Assembly: GCA_964291405.2 (NCBI GenBank)
Contig: OZ219926.1
Location: 3,872,001 to 3,936,000 of the forward strand
Source: Thermodesulfobacteriota bacterium
Lineage (GTDB): Bacteria > Desulfobacterota > Binatia > Bin18
Length of the DNA stretch: 64,000 nucleotides
Reading direction: 5' to 3'
This document shows positions 19,121 through 29,515 of this stretch, piece by piece. Under the pieces are notes generated by a model. That model did no database searches. It saw only the letters and a program-made list of their open reading frames with translations, and was not told where the DNA came from. Positions within the stretch are counted from its first letter, which is position 1. Every line of letters begins with the position of its first letter. The translations under genes were made by a program, and so were the position numbers.

Positions 19121-20752
19121 ATGAATAAGCAAGCGTGGTTGAATGAGAAATATCCTCAACAGGAGGAACGTTCGCAGCGGTTTTCGACCATATCCGACAT
19201 GGAGGTCGAGCCCGTCTATACGCCGGACGATCTCAATGGCTCCAATCTCGAAGGGATAGGCTATCCGGGTGAATACCCCTACACCCGTGGGGTTTACCCG
19301 AGTATGTATCGGGGTCGTTACTGGACCATGCGTCAGTTCGCCGGGTTTGGCACGCCTGAGGATACGAATCAACGCTTTAAGCTGCTCTTGTCCGAGGGTC
19401 AAACCGGCCTGTCAACCGCCTTTGATATGCCGGTGCTAATGGGCTATGACGCGGACCATCCGCGCTCCTTGGGCGAGGTTGGCCGGGAGGGCGTGTCGGT
19501 CTCGACCATAAAGGACATGGAGCGCCTGTTCCAGAATATTCCGCTCGATAAAGTCTCCACCTCGATGACGGTGAACTGCACGGCCAGTATTCTGCTCGCC
19601 ATGTATATTGCGGTTGCCGATAAGCAGGGCATCCCACGCAATCAGATTAGCGGGACGATCCAGAACGATATGCTCAAGGAGTATATCGCCCAAAAGGAGT
19701 GGATCTGCCCGCCCGAACCCGCCGTCCGCATTGTCACCGACATGATTGAATTCTGTGCCAAGGAGGTGCCGCGCTGGCACGCGGTCTCGATTTCGGGCTA
19801 TCACATCCGTGAGGCCGGATCGACTGCGGTCCAGGAACTGGCCTTTACCCTGGCCGACGGTATTGGCTATGTCCAAGCCGGCATAGAACGGGGCCTTGAT
19901 GTTGACGAGTTTGCCCCGCGGCTGTCTTTTTTCTTTGATATCCATAACGACTTTTTTGAAGAAATCGCCAAACTGCGAGCGGCACGCCGGATGTGGGCCA
20001 CGATCATGAAGGAGCGCTTTGGCGCAAAGAACCCCCGCTCCATGCTGCTGCGCACCCATTGCCAGACGGCCGGTGTCAGCCTGACTGCTCAGCAACCGGT
20101 CAATAACGTCGTGCGGGTGGCGATTCAGGCCCTGGCAGGTGTCCTAGGTGGTACTCAGTCGCTACATACCAATTCCATGGACGAGACCCTGGCCCTCCCG
20201 ACTGAAGAGTCGGTTACGGTCGCGCTACGCACCCAGCAAATTATTGCGGAAGAGAGCGGTGTCACCAACTTCGTCGATCCGCTGGGCGGCAGTTGGGCCA
20301 TAGAAGCCCTGACGGATCGTATGGAAAAAGAGGCGTTCGCCTATATCGACCGGATTGACGAACTCGGCGGTATTATCCGGGCGATCAATATCGGTTTTCC
20401 GCAAAAGGAAATAGCCGATGCGGCCTATCGCTATCAGCAACAGTTGGATGCCAGAGAAAAGGTGATCGTCGGGGTGAATTCGCACGCGGTTGAAGAAGAG
20501 CGACCGATGGAAATCCTCAAGATTGATCCGGAAGTGGAGCGCAGCCAGATTGCCCAGGTCACGCAGGTGAAACAAGAGCGTGACAAGGCTGCAGCCGAAG
20601 AGCAGCTTGGCCGGGTCCATGCCGCGGCGCGTAACGGACAGAACCTGATGCCGGTCCTGATTGATGCCGTCAAGGCCCACTGCACGGTGGGCGAAATCTC
20701 CGACGTCTACCGTGAGGTGTTTGGCGTCTATCAGGACCCTGCCTGGCTGTAA
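19121..20752 (+). CDS. icmA: B12-dependent acyl-CoA mutase large subunit, isobutyryl-CoA mutase type
   Basis: [40 protein letters not shown]; F and Q at the specificity positions. Confidence 0.8.
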   Translation: MNKQAWLNEKYPQQEERSQRFSTISDMEVEPVYTPDDLNGSNLEGIGYPGEYPYTRGVYPSMYRGRYWTMRQFAGFGTPEDTNQRFKLLLSEGQTGLSTAFDMPVLMGYDADHPRSLGEVGREGVSVSTIKDMERLFQNIPLDKVSTSMTVNCTASILLAMYIAVADKQGIPRNQISGTIQNDMLKEYIAQKEWICPPEPAVRIVTDMIEFCAKEVPRWHAVSISGYHIREAGSTAVQELAFTLADGIGYVQAGIERGLDVDEFAPRLSFFFDIHNDFFEEIAKLRAARRMWATIMKERFGAKNPRSMLLRTHCQTAGVSLTAQQPVNNVVRVAIQALAGVLGGTQSLHTNSMDETLALPTEESVTVALRTQQIIAEESGVTNFVDPLGGSWAIEALTDRMEKEAFAYIDRIDELGGIIRAINIGFPQKEIADAAYRYQQQLDAREKVIVGVNSHAVEEERPMEILKIDPEVERSQIAQVTQVKQERDKAAAEEQLGRVHAAARNGQNLMPVLIDAVKAHCTVGEISDVYREVFGVYQDPAWL

Positions 20753-20759
20753 AACAAAA

Positions 20760-20824
20760 GGGGTTGGGGACTGGGGATTAGGGGCTGGGGGAGAGCCAAC
20801 CCCTAACCCCCAACCCCTAATCCC
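20760..20824. repeat. Inverted heptamer-like G-rich/C-rich tandem repeat
   Basis: ggggttg gggactg gggatta ggggctg gggg ... cccctaa cccccaa cccctaa tccc. Confidence 0.8.
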
Positions 20825-20841
20825 TTCTTCTGGAGGTTAGT

Positions 20842-21255
20842 GTGTCCGAAGAAAAAATACTCCGCATCCTGGTTGCAAAAGCCGGACTCGACGGTCATGA
20901 CCGCGGCGCAAAGATTATTGCCCGCGCGCTCAGGGACGCCGGCTTTGAGGTGATCTACACCGGCTTACATCAGACGCCGGAAATGATTGCTGAGGCGGCC
21001 GTGCAGGAAGACGTCGACGCCGTTGGTTTAAGTATTCTTTCCGGTGCGCATATGACCTTATTCCCCGCTATTCTGGGTGCGCTCAAAGAACGTGGAGCCG
21101 ATGATGTCGCTGTTTTTGGTGGGGGGATCGTTCCGGAAGACGATATGCCCGGACTGACGAAAGTCGGCGTGAAAAAAGTGTTTACTCCCGGAGCCAGCAC
21201 CCAGGAAATCGTAGACTGGATCTGGGCCAATGTTGAACCGCGCTCCGGTCTCTAA
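20842..21255 (+). CDS. icmB: Cobalamin-binding small subunit of acyl-CoA mutase
   Basis: [18 protein letters not shown]12-binding motifs. Confidence 0.85.
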   Translation: MSEEKILRILVAKAGLDGHDRGAKIIARALRDAGFEVIYTGLHQTPEMIAEAAVQEDVDAVGLSILSGAHMTLFPAILGALKERGADDVAVFGGGIVPEDDMPGLTKVGVKKVFTPGASTQEIVDWIWANVEPRSGL

Positions 21256-21287
21256 GCGGAGGGCCGAGCCTCGCTGCTAAGGGTATT

Positions 21288-21632
21288 ATGGTCAAACTGG
21301 TCGTCTGTGTAAAACGCAAGCCCGGTATGGGTGTCGAAGAGTTCCATGACTACTGGCGGACTCATCATGGGAGTCTGGTGAAGAGCGTCCCGGGGCTACG
21401 GCGGTATATTCGAAAATACGTCCAGAGTCACACGATCCCACAGGCGTACGAGAACGATGCCGCGCCCTTCGACGGTATTGCGGAACTGTGGTTTGACGAT
21501 CACGCTGCGGTGGAGGCTTTTTTAGCAGACCCGGACTACCTGGCCCAAGTGCGACCTGACGAACTGAAATTCTCAGACCACCCCAACCTCGTCTGGTTCG
21601 TGACCGAAGAGGTTGCCATGATTGACGACTAA
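21288..21632 (+). CDS. EthD family protein
   Basis: KRKPGM..EEF..YW...H, FDGIAELWF. Confidence 0.85.
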   Translation: MVKLVVCVKRKPGMGVEEFHDYWRTHHGSLVKSVPGLRRYIRKYVQSHTIPQAYENDAAPFDGIAELWFDDHAAVEAFLADPDYLAQVRPDELKFSDHPNLVWFVTEEVAMIDD

Positions 21633-21661
21633 TCACCTGTTTTCAGACGGCTCCCGCTGCT

Positions 21662-22915
21662 GTGGAGTGCTTTGACGTTATTATTATCGGCTCTGGTCCG
21701 GCCGGGACCGCTACCGCGCTCAATCTGTTGCGGGCCGACCCTGCGTTCGCTGGCAATATTCTCCTGCTCGACAAAGCCGTTCATCCCCGAGAGAAGATCT
21801 GTGCCGGCGGCCTCATCCCCCATACTCTCGATTGTCTCAACGCCCTAGATATCCCGCTGAGCGTTCCTCACGTCCAGGTCGATCAGGCCCGTGTCCAGGC
21901 CCTGCCCGGCCAAGAGGTCGTGTGTGAAGAAGGGGGGATGTGTTCCATTATTCGACGGAACGAGTTTGATTTTTTACTCGTGCGCACCGCTGCGGAGCGT
22001 GGGGCGGAAATCCGCCAGGGAGAAAAGGTCATCCAGCTGGTTCGAGAGCCGGGCGGCATTCGGGTGGTGACCGAAAAGACGACGTATCGCGCTCGGATTG
22101 TCGTCGGGGCTGACGGGTCCGGGAGCCGGGTGCGACGACAATTGATCGGGCAGACCCACCAGCCAGTCGGTAAGGCCATGATGTCTGACGTTCCGGTCTC
22201 GGAAACTGCCTGGGACGGCTTCATCCAGCAGCGCTACGACTTTAATTTTCTGCCCGTACAGGATGGGTTGCGTGGCTATCTGTGGGCCTTTCCCTGTCTG
22301 ATTGATCAGATTGCCCATGTGAACCTTGGTATTTATTCATTGGGCATCAATTCTCTCTCAAACGCGGCCCTCCAGGATTGTCTTAGTGCGGAAATCAACG
22401 CGTTTAGTACAGCGGCGGCATCAGAGAGTGAACGTGTCCAGCATCGCATGGTTAGTGGAGGACACGTTTACTCTTTCGGGCAAACCCGACGGCTGCGGGC
22501 TTTTCCCATTTATGGCTATGCTCCCGAACGGCCGCTTGCCGCCCCGCATGTCGTGCTCGTCGGCGATGCGGCAGGAGCCGAACCGCTGATGGGGGAAGGC
22601 ATTTCCTTTGCGTTTGAATACGGAGCCTTTGCCGCTCAGGCCATCCGCGAGGCACTACGGACCAAGGACTTCTCGTTTGATGCCTATACCCAGACGATCT
22701 CTCAGTCGTGGCTCGGCAAGAAGCTGACCCGGCTGGCCTTTGCCACCAAGCTTTTCTATGGTCGGACAGCCCGCTTGTGGTTTACGCTTGCGGCGCGGAG
22801 TACGCGTCTCCAATCTATTAGCTTGAAGTGGTATAATGGGGTGGATGGTTGGCATCAGCGGAGTGGATGGGATGCCGTCCGAGCGGTCATCAGACGATAT
22901 CCGCAGCAGCCGTAA
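21662..22915 (+). CDS. FAD-dependent oxidoreductase, geranylgeranyl reductase family
   Basis: IIGSGPAG, PREKICAGG, GADG, GYLWAFP, LVGDAAG..PLMGEGI. Confidence 0.85.
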   Translation: MECFDVIIIGSGPAGTATALNLLRADPAFAGNILLLDKAVHPREKICAGGLIPHTLDCLNALDIPLSVPHVQVDQARVQALPGQEVVCEEGGMCSIIRRNEFDFLLVRTAAERGAEIRQGEKVIQLVREPGGIRVVTEKTTYRARIVVGADGSGSRVRRQLIGQTHQPVGKAMMSDVPVSETAWDGFIQQRYDFNFLPVQDGLRGYLWAFPCLIDQIAHVNLGIYSLGINSLSNAALQDCLSAEINAFSTAAASESERVQHRMVSGGHVYSFGQTRRLRAFPIYGYAPERPLAAPHVVLVGDAAGAEPLMGEGISFAFEYGAFAAQAIREALRTKDFSFDAYTQTISQSWLGKKLTRLAFATKLFYGRTARLWFTLAARSTRLQSISLKWYNGVDGWHQRSGWDAVRAVIRRYPQQP

Positions 22916-22927
22916 GGAGGCAGGAGC

Positions 22928-23260
22928 GTGGCACGGCAGAAAAAGGCTCGACCGGCAGCACCGAAGCGTAAAACATCGCGGAAAAAAGGACGATGGCTGT
23001 GGCTCCCGAAACTCATGCTGCTCATGGCGTGTGTGGGATTAGTGGTGTTTATCGGCGTAATTTTTGTGATGGAAGAAGAACTGCGTCGGATTGGCCTGTT
23101 CGGTTCTGAGGAAGGGCAGGAGACGACCCACAGCCAAGTCCTCGCTCAACCGGCCCCTGAGAATAGCCAGGCCGACGTAGTCGAAGAAGTCACCCAAGAG
23201 GAACGTCAAGAATTAGAAGCCATTCTGCAGCAGGTGAAGGAAAAACACGGCAAAGAGTAA
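22928..23260 (+). CDS. Hypothetical bitopic membrane protein
   Basis: Basic N-terminus, one TM helix, acidic C-terminus; RBS AGGAG. Confidence 0.6.
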   Translation: MARQKKARPAAPKRKTSRKKGRWLWLPKLMLLMACVGLVVFIGVIFVMEEELRRIGLFGSEEGQETTHSQVLAQPAPENSQADVVEEVTQEERQELEAILQQVKEKHGKE

Positions 23261-23323
23261 ACGTGTCCTCCTCTAAATATACGATGCTGGACACATTTAC
23301 TCTTTCCACTCTGACCCGAAACG

Positions 23324-24151
23324 ATGGAATTTCTGGACGCTTATCAACGTGCTGTTGCGCTCCCGCAGGTGCCGCGGCGCATTATCTCGCTCGTTCCGAG
23401 TATCACCGAGACGGTGTTCGCGCTCGGGGCCGGTGAACGTGTTGTCGGTGTCACATCCTACTGTACCCATCCGCCCGATGGGGTGGCCGATGTGGCGCGC
23501 GTTGGCGGGACAAAAGACCCTGACCTTAACACGATTGAGCGCTTGGAGCCCGACCTCATTATTGTCAACGATGAGGAGAATCGGCAAGAGGATTTCAGCG
23601 CGCTGGAAAAACGGGGGTTGCCTCTGTATGTGACCGCTCCGCGCACGGTAGCAGAGGGGATACGGATGGTAGAACAGCTCGGTCCGCTCATTGGCTGCCA
23701 GGTGCAAGCCCGGGCGCTGGCGCGATCACTCTGGCAGCAATACGAGGAGAGCACGGCCGGGCTCAAAGAGGTCGAACGGCTCCGCGTATTTTGTCCTATC
23801 TGGCGCAAGCCTTGGATGTCGTTTAATCGCGAGACATATAGCGATGATATGCTGTGGCGGTGTGGCGGAGAGAATATCTTTCGCGCCAAGGACGAACGGT
23901 ATTTCTCCCTCTCCCTTGACGAAGTGGTTGCGGCCGACCCCCACCTCATTCTGCTCCCAAGCGAGCCCTATCCCTTTGCGGAAAAGCATTTCGTCCATCT
24001 CTCACCGCTCCAGGAGACCGCAGCTGGCCGCGGCGGTCACTTCTACTGCGTTGATGGCATGGCGTTGTGTTGGTATGGACCGCGCATCGCTCACGGTTTA
24101 ACCGAACTGTCCCGCTTATTTGCTTTTGTGCGGGACACAATGGACGATTAA
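23324..24151 (+). CDS. Helical-backbone metal/cobalamin-binding protein (BtuF-like), no signal peptide
   Basis: RIISLVPSITE, VGVT.YC..P, VGGTKDP, PDL, LPSEPYPF. Confidence 0.8.
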   Translation: MEFLDAYQRAVALPQVPRRIISLVPSITETVFALGAGERVVGVTSYCTHPPDGVADVARVGGTKDPDLNTIERLEPDLIIVNDEENRQEDFSALEKRGLPLYVTAPRTVAEGIRMVEQLGPLIGCQVQARALARSLWQQYEESTAGLKEVERLRVFCPIWRKPWMSFNRETYSDDMLWRCGGENIFRAKDERYFSLSLDEVVAADPHLILLPSEPYPFAEKHFVHLSPLQETAAGRGGHFYCVDGMALCWYGPRIAHGLTELSRLFAFVRDTMDD

Positions 24152-24342
24152 GCCGTTCCCGGTCGCACATCCACCCACGTCAGTAAAGTAAGGAACCCAT
24201 TCTGTGTCTCGGTTGGCACGGTCCTCGTATTGCCTGTGGCGAGGTTGGCGGAACCGTCCAAATTGTGTATGCTTGAGCGGGTAGCTACGGACGATTAAGC
24301 CGTTCCCGGTTTCACCTCCCCCAGCATCACCAAAGTAAGGAA
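24142..24342. repeat. Imperfect ~54-bp direct repeat, 147-bp period, upstream of dnaB
   Basis: ggacgattaagccgttcccggt at 24142 and 24289; aaagtaaggaa at 24185 and 24332. Confidence 0.85.
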
Positions 24343-24350
24343 TCCTTCCT

Positions 24351-25796
24351 GTGGCACGATCCTATTCAACGCCTGAAGATATCTTACGCAAGGTACCGCC
24401 ACAGAGTCCGGAGGCCGAAGAGGCTGTCTTGGGCGGGATTCTGCTGGATTCCCAGGCTTTGGATAAAGTGATTGAGATCCTGGGGCCGGATGACTTTTAT
24501 CGTCCGGTCAGCCAGAAAATTTTTCTGGCTATGATTACCTTGAGCGGGCGGGGCGAACCGATTGACCTGATCACATTAACCGATGCCCTCAGAACACACG
24601 ACGAATTACAGGAGGTCGGTGGAGCCACCTACATCGCTGAACTTGGTGACAGGGTGCCGAGTGCGGCCAATATTACTTACTATGCACGGATTGTCAGGGA
24701 AAAGGCTATCCTGCGCAGTTTGATCCACGTGGCCGGAGATATCGTTAGTCGGGCATATACCAGCCAGGAGGATATTGAGCAATTTCTTGATGATGCCGAG
24801 CGCTTAATCTTTGAGGTATCCGAGCAACGGATTCGTCCGGCCTTCTCCAAGGTCGGGGATATGATCATGGACACGATCAAGACCATCGAACAACTCTATG
24901 AACGCAAGGAGTTGGTGACTGGTATCCCAACCGGTTTTCTGGATCTCGATCAAAAAACGGCAGGGTTCCAGCCCGCAGACCTAGCGATTATCGCGGCACG
25001 CCCGAGCATGGGAAAAACCGCCTTTGTACTGAACATTGCCCAGTATGTGGCGGCACAGACCGAGACTCCGGTTGGGATATTCTCGCTCGAAATGTCGAAA
25101 GAACAACTGGTCATGCGGATGTTGTGTTCCGATGCCCGGGTGGATAATGCGAAGGTCCGCACCGGGTATTTGGGAGAACGGGACTTTCCCCGCTTGGCGA
25201 TGGCGGCCGGACGACTGGCGGAAGCCCCGATTTATATCGACGACACGCCCGGACAAAATGTGCTTGAAGTGCGAGCCAAAGCGCGGCGGTTGAAACACGA
25301 GGCCAATCTCGGCCTTGTGATTATTGATTATCTCCAGTTGATGCGTGGTCTGACCTCGGAGGAGAATCGGACCCAGGAGCTTGCGGAAATTTCACGCGGC
25401 CTGAAGGCCCTGGCCAAAGAGTTGAATATCCCCGTGGTCGCCCTCTCCCAGCTCAACCGCCAGGTCGAACTCCGCGGGGACAAACGGCCTATGATGTCGG
25501 ATATTCGCGAGTCGGGCGCAATTGAGCAGGATGCGGACGTCATTATGTTCATTTACCGAGATGAGTTCTACCACCCCGAGTCGGAAGAAGAAGGGACCGC
25601 GGAAATTATTATCGGCAAGCAACGCAATGGCCCCACGGGTACGGTCCGGCTGGCTTGGCGGAGCGAGTACACGCGATTTGACAACCTGATCGATACTCCT
25701 GCCCTTCCCGAACCCGAACCCGATACTCCTGCCCTTCCCGAACCCGATACTCGTACCCTTCCCGAACCCGACGAAGACTTGGTGGAGGAGGGGTAA
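24351..25796 (+). CDS. dnaB: Replicative DNA helicase DnaB
   Basis: PPQS.EAE, AARPSMGKT, FSLEM, IDYLQL, SQLNR, SGAIEQDAD, KQRNGP. Confidence 0.97.
   Translation: MARSYSTPEDILRKVPPQSPEAEEAVLGGILLDSQALDKVIEILGPDDFYRPVSQKIFLAMITLSGRGEPIDLITLTDALRTHDELQEVGGATYIAELGDRVPSAANITYYARIVREKAILRSLIHVAGDIVSRAYTSQEDIEQFLDDAERLIFEVSEQRIRPAFSKVGDMIMDTIKTIEQLYERKELVTGIPTGFLDLDQKTAGFQPADLAIIAARPSMGKTAFVLNIAQYVAAQTETPVGIFSLEMSKEQLVMRMLCSDARVDNAKVRTGYLGERDFPRLAMAAGRLAEAPIYIDDTPGQNVLEVRAKARRLKHEANLGLVIIDYLQLMRGLTSEENRTQELAEISRGLKALAKELNIPVVALSQLNRQVELRGDKRPMMSDIRESGAIEQDADVIMFIYRDEFYHPESEEEGTAEIIIGKQRNGPTGTVRLAWRSEYTRFDNLIDTPALPEPEPDTPALPEPDTRTLPEPDEDLVEEG
25691..25771 (+). repeat. Coding tandem repeat (24-30 bp units) in the dnaB tail
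   Basis: DTPALPEPEP-DTPALPEP-DTRTLPEP. Confidence 0.9.
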
Positions 25797-25852
25797 CACG
25801 CCTCTGGAGTGTCAGGAGTGGGAGTCTTATTCTCCCCGCCCGTTGTTTCCTT

Positions 25853-26491
25853 TTACCGTTCGGGGCTGTCGAGCTGCCGGAGGAGGGTTTTGACCCGATA
25901 TTGGATATCCGGGGCGAGAACAATATCGCTAATCAGCGCGACCGCGTCTGCGCCGGCCCGGAGGACTGCCGGCGCCCGCTCGGCCGTAATCCCGCCAATC
26001 GCCACAATAGGAATACGAACCTGCTGACGAATTTCTTGGAGTTGCTCAAGGCCGCGAGCAGTATAGCCGGTCGCTTTTGTTGTTGTGCCGAACAGCGGCC
26101 CAAATCCAATATAGTCGGCGCCCTCCTGTTCGGCGGTCAGCGCTTGCTGGACAGTGTGGGTTGAAACGCCGATAATCTTTTCGCATCCAAAGATCTTGCG
26201 CGCCGCAGCCAGTGGCAGGTCTTCCTGGCCGAGGTGAACGCCGTCAGCCTCAACTGCCAGGGCAATATCCACTCGATCATTGATGATGAGCGTACACTGA
26301 TAGTGTCGGCAAATGCGTTGGACTTCTGTGGCCAGGGCGACAAAATCTCGTGTCGGCTGCTGTTTGACGCGCAACTGGAGGAGGCGTACCCCCCCAGCAC
26401 ACAGATGGTCGGTCAGTCCCTGGAATGACAGCTCGGGCCGATTTAATGTGTCAGCCATGGCGTAGAACGGACTGGGAAAAGAGAAGGGCAT
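25853..26491 (-). CDS. thiE: Thiamine phosphate synthase
   Basis: QLRVK, IINDRVD, GVHLGQED, GVSTH, AIGGI. Confidence 0.95.
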   Translation of the reverse strand: MPFSFPSPFYAMADTLNRPELSFQGLTDHLCAGGVRLLQLRVKQQPTRDFVALATEVQRICRHYQCTLIINDRVDIALAVEADGVHLGQEDLPLAAARKIFGCEKIIGVSTHTVQQALTAEQEGADYIGFGPLFGTTTKATGYTARGLEQLQEIRQQVRIPIVAIGGITAERAPAVLRAGADAVALISDIVLAPDIQYRVKTLLRQLDSPER

Positions 26492-26503
26492 GTGAGGGAT
26501 CGC

Positions 26504-27931
26504 TCACTTTTTGACGGCTATTTTGAGGTCCGTCATTTTTTTGCGTAAGGTATTGCGATTAATCCCCAAAATCTCTGCGGCCTTGAGCTGATTCCCGCGG
26601 GTATGGTCCAGGACCAGTTCGATCAGCGGCTTTTCGACTTGGCTAATGACCACCGCGTGCAGGTCTCCGGTCTCGAGCAGGGTGGGTTGCTGAAGATAGG
26701 CCGTGAGTTGACGCTGGATGACCTCCTCGAACGAGAGTTCTGCAAGATCAACCGGCAGCGGAGTTCTCGTCTGTGGGAGCGAGAAATCTGCCGGCGTCAG
26801 TAACGGACTCGGGCTGAGGACGGCCGCTCGGAGGAGAGTGTTTTCCAACTCTCGCACATTCCCCGGCCAGGAATAATGGGTGAGCAGGGCTTGCGCCTCA
26901 GGAGTAATGCCTGTTGCCGAGGTCCCCACCTCCTGCGTAATCTTATCGAGAAAATAGGCGGTGAGTTCGGGAATATCCTCGCGCCGCTGGCGCAGTGGGG
27001 GCAGGGTGATCGGTACGACGCGAAGACGAAAATATAAATCTTCCCGAAAACGTTTTTCTTTAACTGCGGCTGCCAGGTCCTGATTGGTGGCCGCGATGAT
27101 GCGCACGTCCGCTTGGAGTGCTTGGCTTCCTCCGACGCGGGTGAACTCACGTTCCTGGAGGACGCGGAGCAGCTTTGCCTGAAGCGACGGGGGCATGTCG
27201 CCTATTTCATCCAGGAAGAGGGTCCCACCAGCGGCCTGTTCAAACTTCCCGGCATGCCGCTCAACCGCGCCGGTGAATGCCCCACGTTCGTGGCCGAACA
27301 GCTCGCTTTCAAGCAGATCGAGCGGAATGGCCGAACAGTTCACCCCAATAAAAGGCGCTCGCCAGCGGGCTGAGTAGTGGTGAATCACTTTCGCCACTAA
27401 CTCTTTGCCCGTCCCGCTTTCGCCCTGGAGGAGGACGGTTGCATCGCTGCGGACGATCCGTCCGATAGTTTTGTATACCTGCTGCATGGCCGCGCCGCTG
27501 CCGATGATCTGCTCATCGCGCCCCTGGATAGCCGGCAGTGGACGCTCCATATTGGCCGTGAGCCGCTTGGCTTCTATGACGTGGGAGACCAACGCGTGCA
27601 CATCATTGAGGTCGAACGGTTTTGGCAAATAGTCAAAGGCCCCATGTTTCATTGCCTCGATCGCATTGGTCAGCGTGGTTTGACCGGTCATGATGATGAT
27701 CGGGAGGTCGATCTGAGCGGCTTGCGTCTTCTGTAAGAGATCCAAACCGTTGAGTCCCGGCATGCGAATATCAACAAAGGCCAGATCGAACGCCTGTTCC
27801 TGCACGGCCGACCAGGCTTGAGAGCCTGTTGCGACTGCTTCGACGTGATAGCCCTGCTCGGTGAGCGTATCATGCAGAACCTGGCGGATGAGGTCTTCGT
27901 CGTCGGCAATGAGAATTGTTCCGTTCACCAC
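26504..27931 (-). CDS. Sigma54-dependent response regulator, NtrC family
   Basis: Receiver domain (ADDE, DIRMP), [15 protein letters not shown]-terminal [21 protein letters not shown]. Confidence 0.93.
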   Translation of the reverse strand: MVNGTILIADDEDLIRQVLHDTLTEQGYHVEAVATGSQAWSAVQEQAFDLAFVDIRMPGLNGLDLLQKTQAAQIDLPIIIMTGQTTLTNAIEAMKHGAFDYLPKPFDLNDVHALVSHVIEAKRLTANMERPLPAIQGRDEQIIGSGAAMQQVYKTIGRIVRSDATVLLQGESGTGKELVAKVIHHYSARWRAPFIGVNCSAIPLDLLESELFGHERGAFTGAVERHAGKFEQAAGGTLFLDEIGDMPPSLQAKLLRVLQEREFTRVGGSQALQADVRIIAATNQDLAAAVKEKRFREDLYFRLRVVPITLPPLRQRREDIPELTAYFLDKITQEVGTSATGITPEAQALLTHYSWPGNVRELENTLLRAAVLSPSPLLTPADFSLPQTRTPLPVDLAELSFEEVIQRQLTAYLQQPTLLETGDLHAVVISQVEKPLIELVLDHTRGNQLKAAEILGINRNTLRKKMTDLKIAVKK

Positions 27932-27937
27932 AGCATC

Positions 27938-29158
27938 CTATCCTGGCGGGACGGGTAAATACACGTGGAAGCCCGCCCCTTGTCCTGGGCTGCTTTCCAC
28001 CCGAATGGTCCCTCCGTGTTGAGCAATAATCTGTTGGCTGACCGGTAAACCCAAGCCTGTGCCCTGGCTCTTGGTGGTAAAAAACGGGGTGAACAAATGG
28101 GGGAGATGATCCGGGGTAATCCCCGGCCCGTTGTCAGCGAAAATAACGCACAGAAAACGACCGCCGGCGTGGTTGTCGTAAAGTGGTTGTTTTTCCAGAG
28201 CGTCTGGGGGCTGCGTTTGGGCAGGGGGAGCAACGCTTCCTGGCTGAAGGGGGACAGTCCGGTCAAGAGGCAAACGCATCAGATGAAAGTCTGTCGCCAT
28301 TTTTGTCGAAATACTGAGGACCCCACCACGTTGTCCGCGGAGGGCCTGCAAACTGTTTTTGATCAGGTTGCGAAAGACCTGAGAGAGGCGCGCCTCATCG
28401 CCGGACACGGGCGGCAAACTCGGGTCAAAATGAGTTTGGACGGTGGTTCCCCTGGCAGCCGCTTCTTGTTCAAGCAGCAGGACATCGGTGATCGTCTTGT
28501 GGATATTGACCGGCTGTGGATCAAAGTGGGGGCGCGCCGAGAGCTCAAGCAACTGCTCAAGCAGCGCGCTGAGGCGGTCAATCTCGTCCACCATGATAGT
28601 CGTGTATTTGACCGCGGACTGGTCGGTCTTGACCCGAGACTGGAGGAGTTGAGCCGCGCCGCGGATGCCCGCCAGGGGATTTTTGATTTCGTGCGCGAGT
28701 CCGGCAGCCACCACGCCAAGGGAGGTCAGTCGGTCATCCCGCTGTTGTTCCTCTTCCAGTTCTTTCTGGTGGCTCAGATCGTGTAAGACCAAGACAAGCC
28801 CCAGGGGACAGTCGTCCTGGTCGAAAATAGGAGAACAGGTGACACGGACCGGGACGACGCGGCGAAAACGGTCTCGCAACTCTCCCTCTCCTGCAGTCCG
28901 GCTATAGTCAGGTTCCTGCGCCCTCCGGATGAGGGTCACAATCCACGAATTTTCGTCGAAAACGTGGGCATACGAAACCCCCCGGACTTGGGTTTGGGCG
29001 ACACCGGTAAGGGATTCCGCGGCGGCATTAAAGAAGACGATATTGTGCCGGTTATCGATGATTGCCAAGCCTTCTTCGAGATATGTCGCAATATGTTCCC
29101 AATAGCTCGAGGGAAAATTTGAAGGAGATTGGCCGGAGGTGAGTCTTTGCTGCGTCAC
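27938..29158 (-). CDS. PAS sensor histidine kinase, NtrB-like
   Basis: PAS domain, AHEIKNPLAGIRGAAQLL, DNGPG, FTPFFTTK, GTGLGL. Confidence 0.92.
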   Translation of the reverse strand: MTQQRLTSGQSPSNFPSSYWEHIATYLEEGLAIIDNRHNIVFFNAAAESLTGVAQTQVRGVSYAHVFDENSWIVTLIRRAQEPDYSRTAGEGELRDRFRRVVPVRVTCSPIFDQDDCPLGLVLVLHDLSHQKELEEEQQRDDRLTSLGVVAAGLAHEIKNPLAGIRGAAQLLQSRVKTDQSAVKYTTIMVDEIDRLSALLEQLLELSARPHFDPQPVNIHKTITDVLLLEQEAAARGTTVQTHFDPSLPPVSGDEARLSQVFRNLIKNSLQALRGQRGGVLSISTKMATDFHLMRLPLDRTVPLQPGSVAPPAQTQPPDALEKQPLYDNHAGGRFLCVIFADNGPGITPDHLPHLFTPFFTTKSQGTGLGLPVSQQIIAQHGGTIRVESSPGQGAGFHVYLPVPPG

Positions 29159-29239
29159 TCAAGCTCCCATCTCAAACCTTGTTTTTCTTGTCAAGACGGG
29201 GTTGCCAAACAGCGCTAGCGCCAGCTATGCTGTTCTGAC

Positions 29240-29515
29240 ATGCGGGACCCAGAAGCACTCTGTCGCCATGTGAGTCAGGTTCTTGTGGAGGCATTGTGCA
29301 CGAAGGGTGCGATCCGCCTGAGTGGGCAACGGGCGGCGGTTGCGAACAAGGTTGAGAACGCGTTACTCGCGAACTTCCGCCAAGAAGCCGCCCTTGAAAA
29401 GGAAGCCGAGCGGTTAGCCGAAGCGCATATCCAGAAAACGCCAACGGTTGATCGCTATAAGGTCATCCAGCTCATTAAGCGACGCTTAGCCGAAGAGCGG
29501 GACTTTGCGCTATGA
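29240..29515 (+). CDS. DUF507-like protein
   Basis: Short helical ORF ending KRRLAEERDFAL; stop overlaps the next start. Confidence 0.65.
   Translation: MRDPEALCRHVSQVLVEALCTKGAIRLSGQRAAVANKVENALLANFRQEAALEKEAERLAEAHIQKTPTVDRYKVIQLIKRRLAEERDFAL

Noticed and set aside
24214-24233. Sigma54 promoter upstream of dnaB (TGGCACGGTCCTCGT)
   Set aside because: The -24 element fits but the -12 GC is absent at the required spacing.
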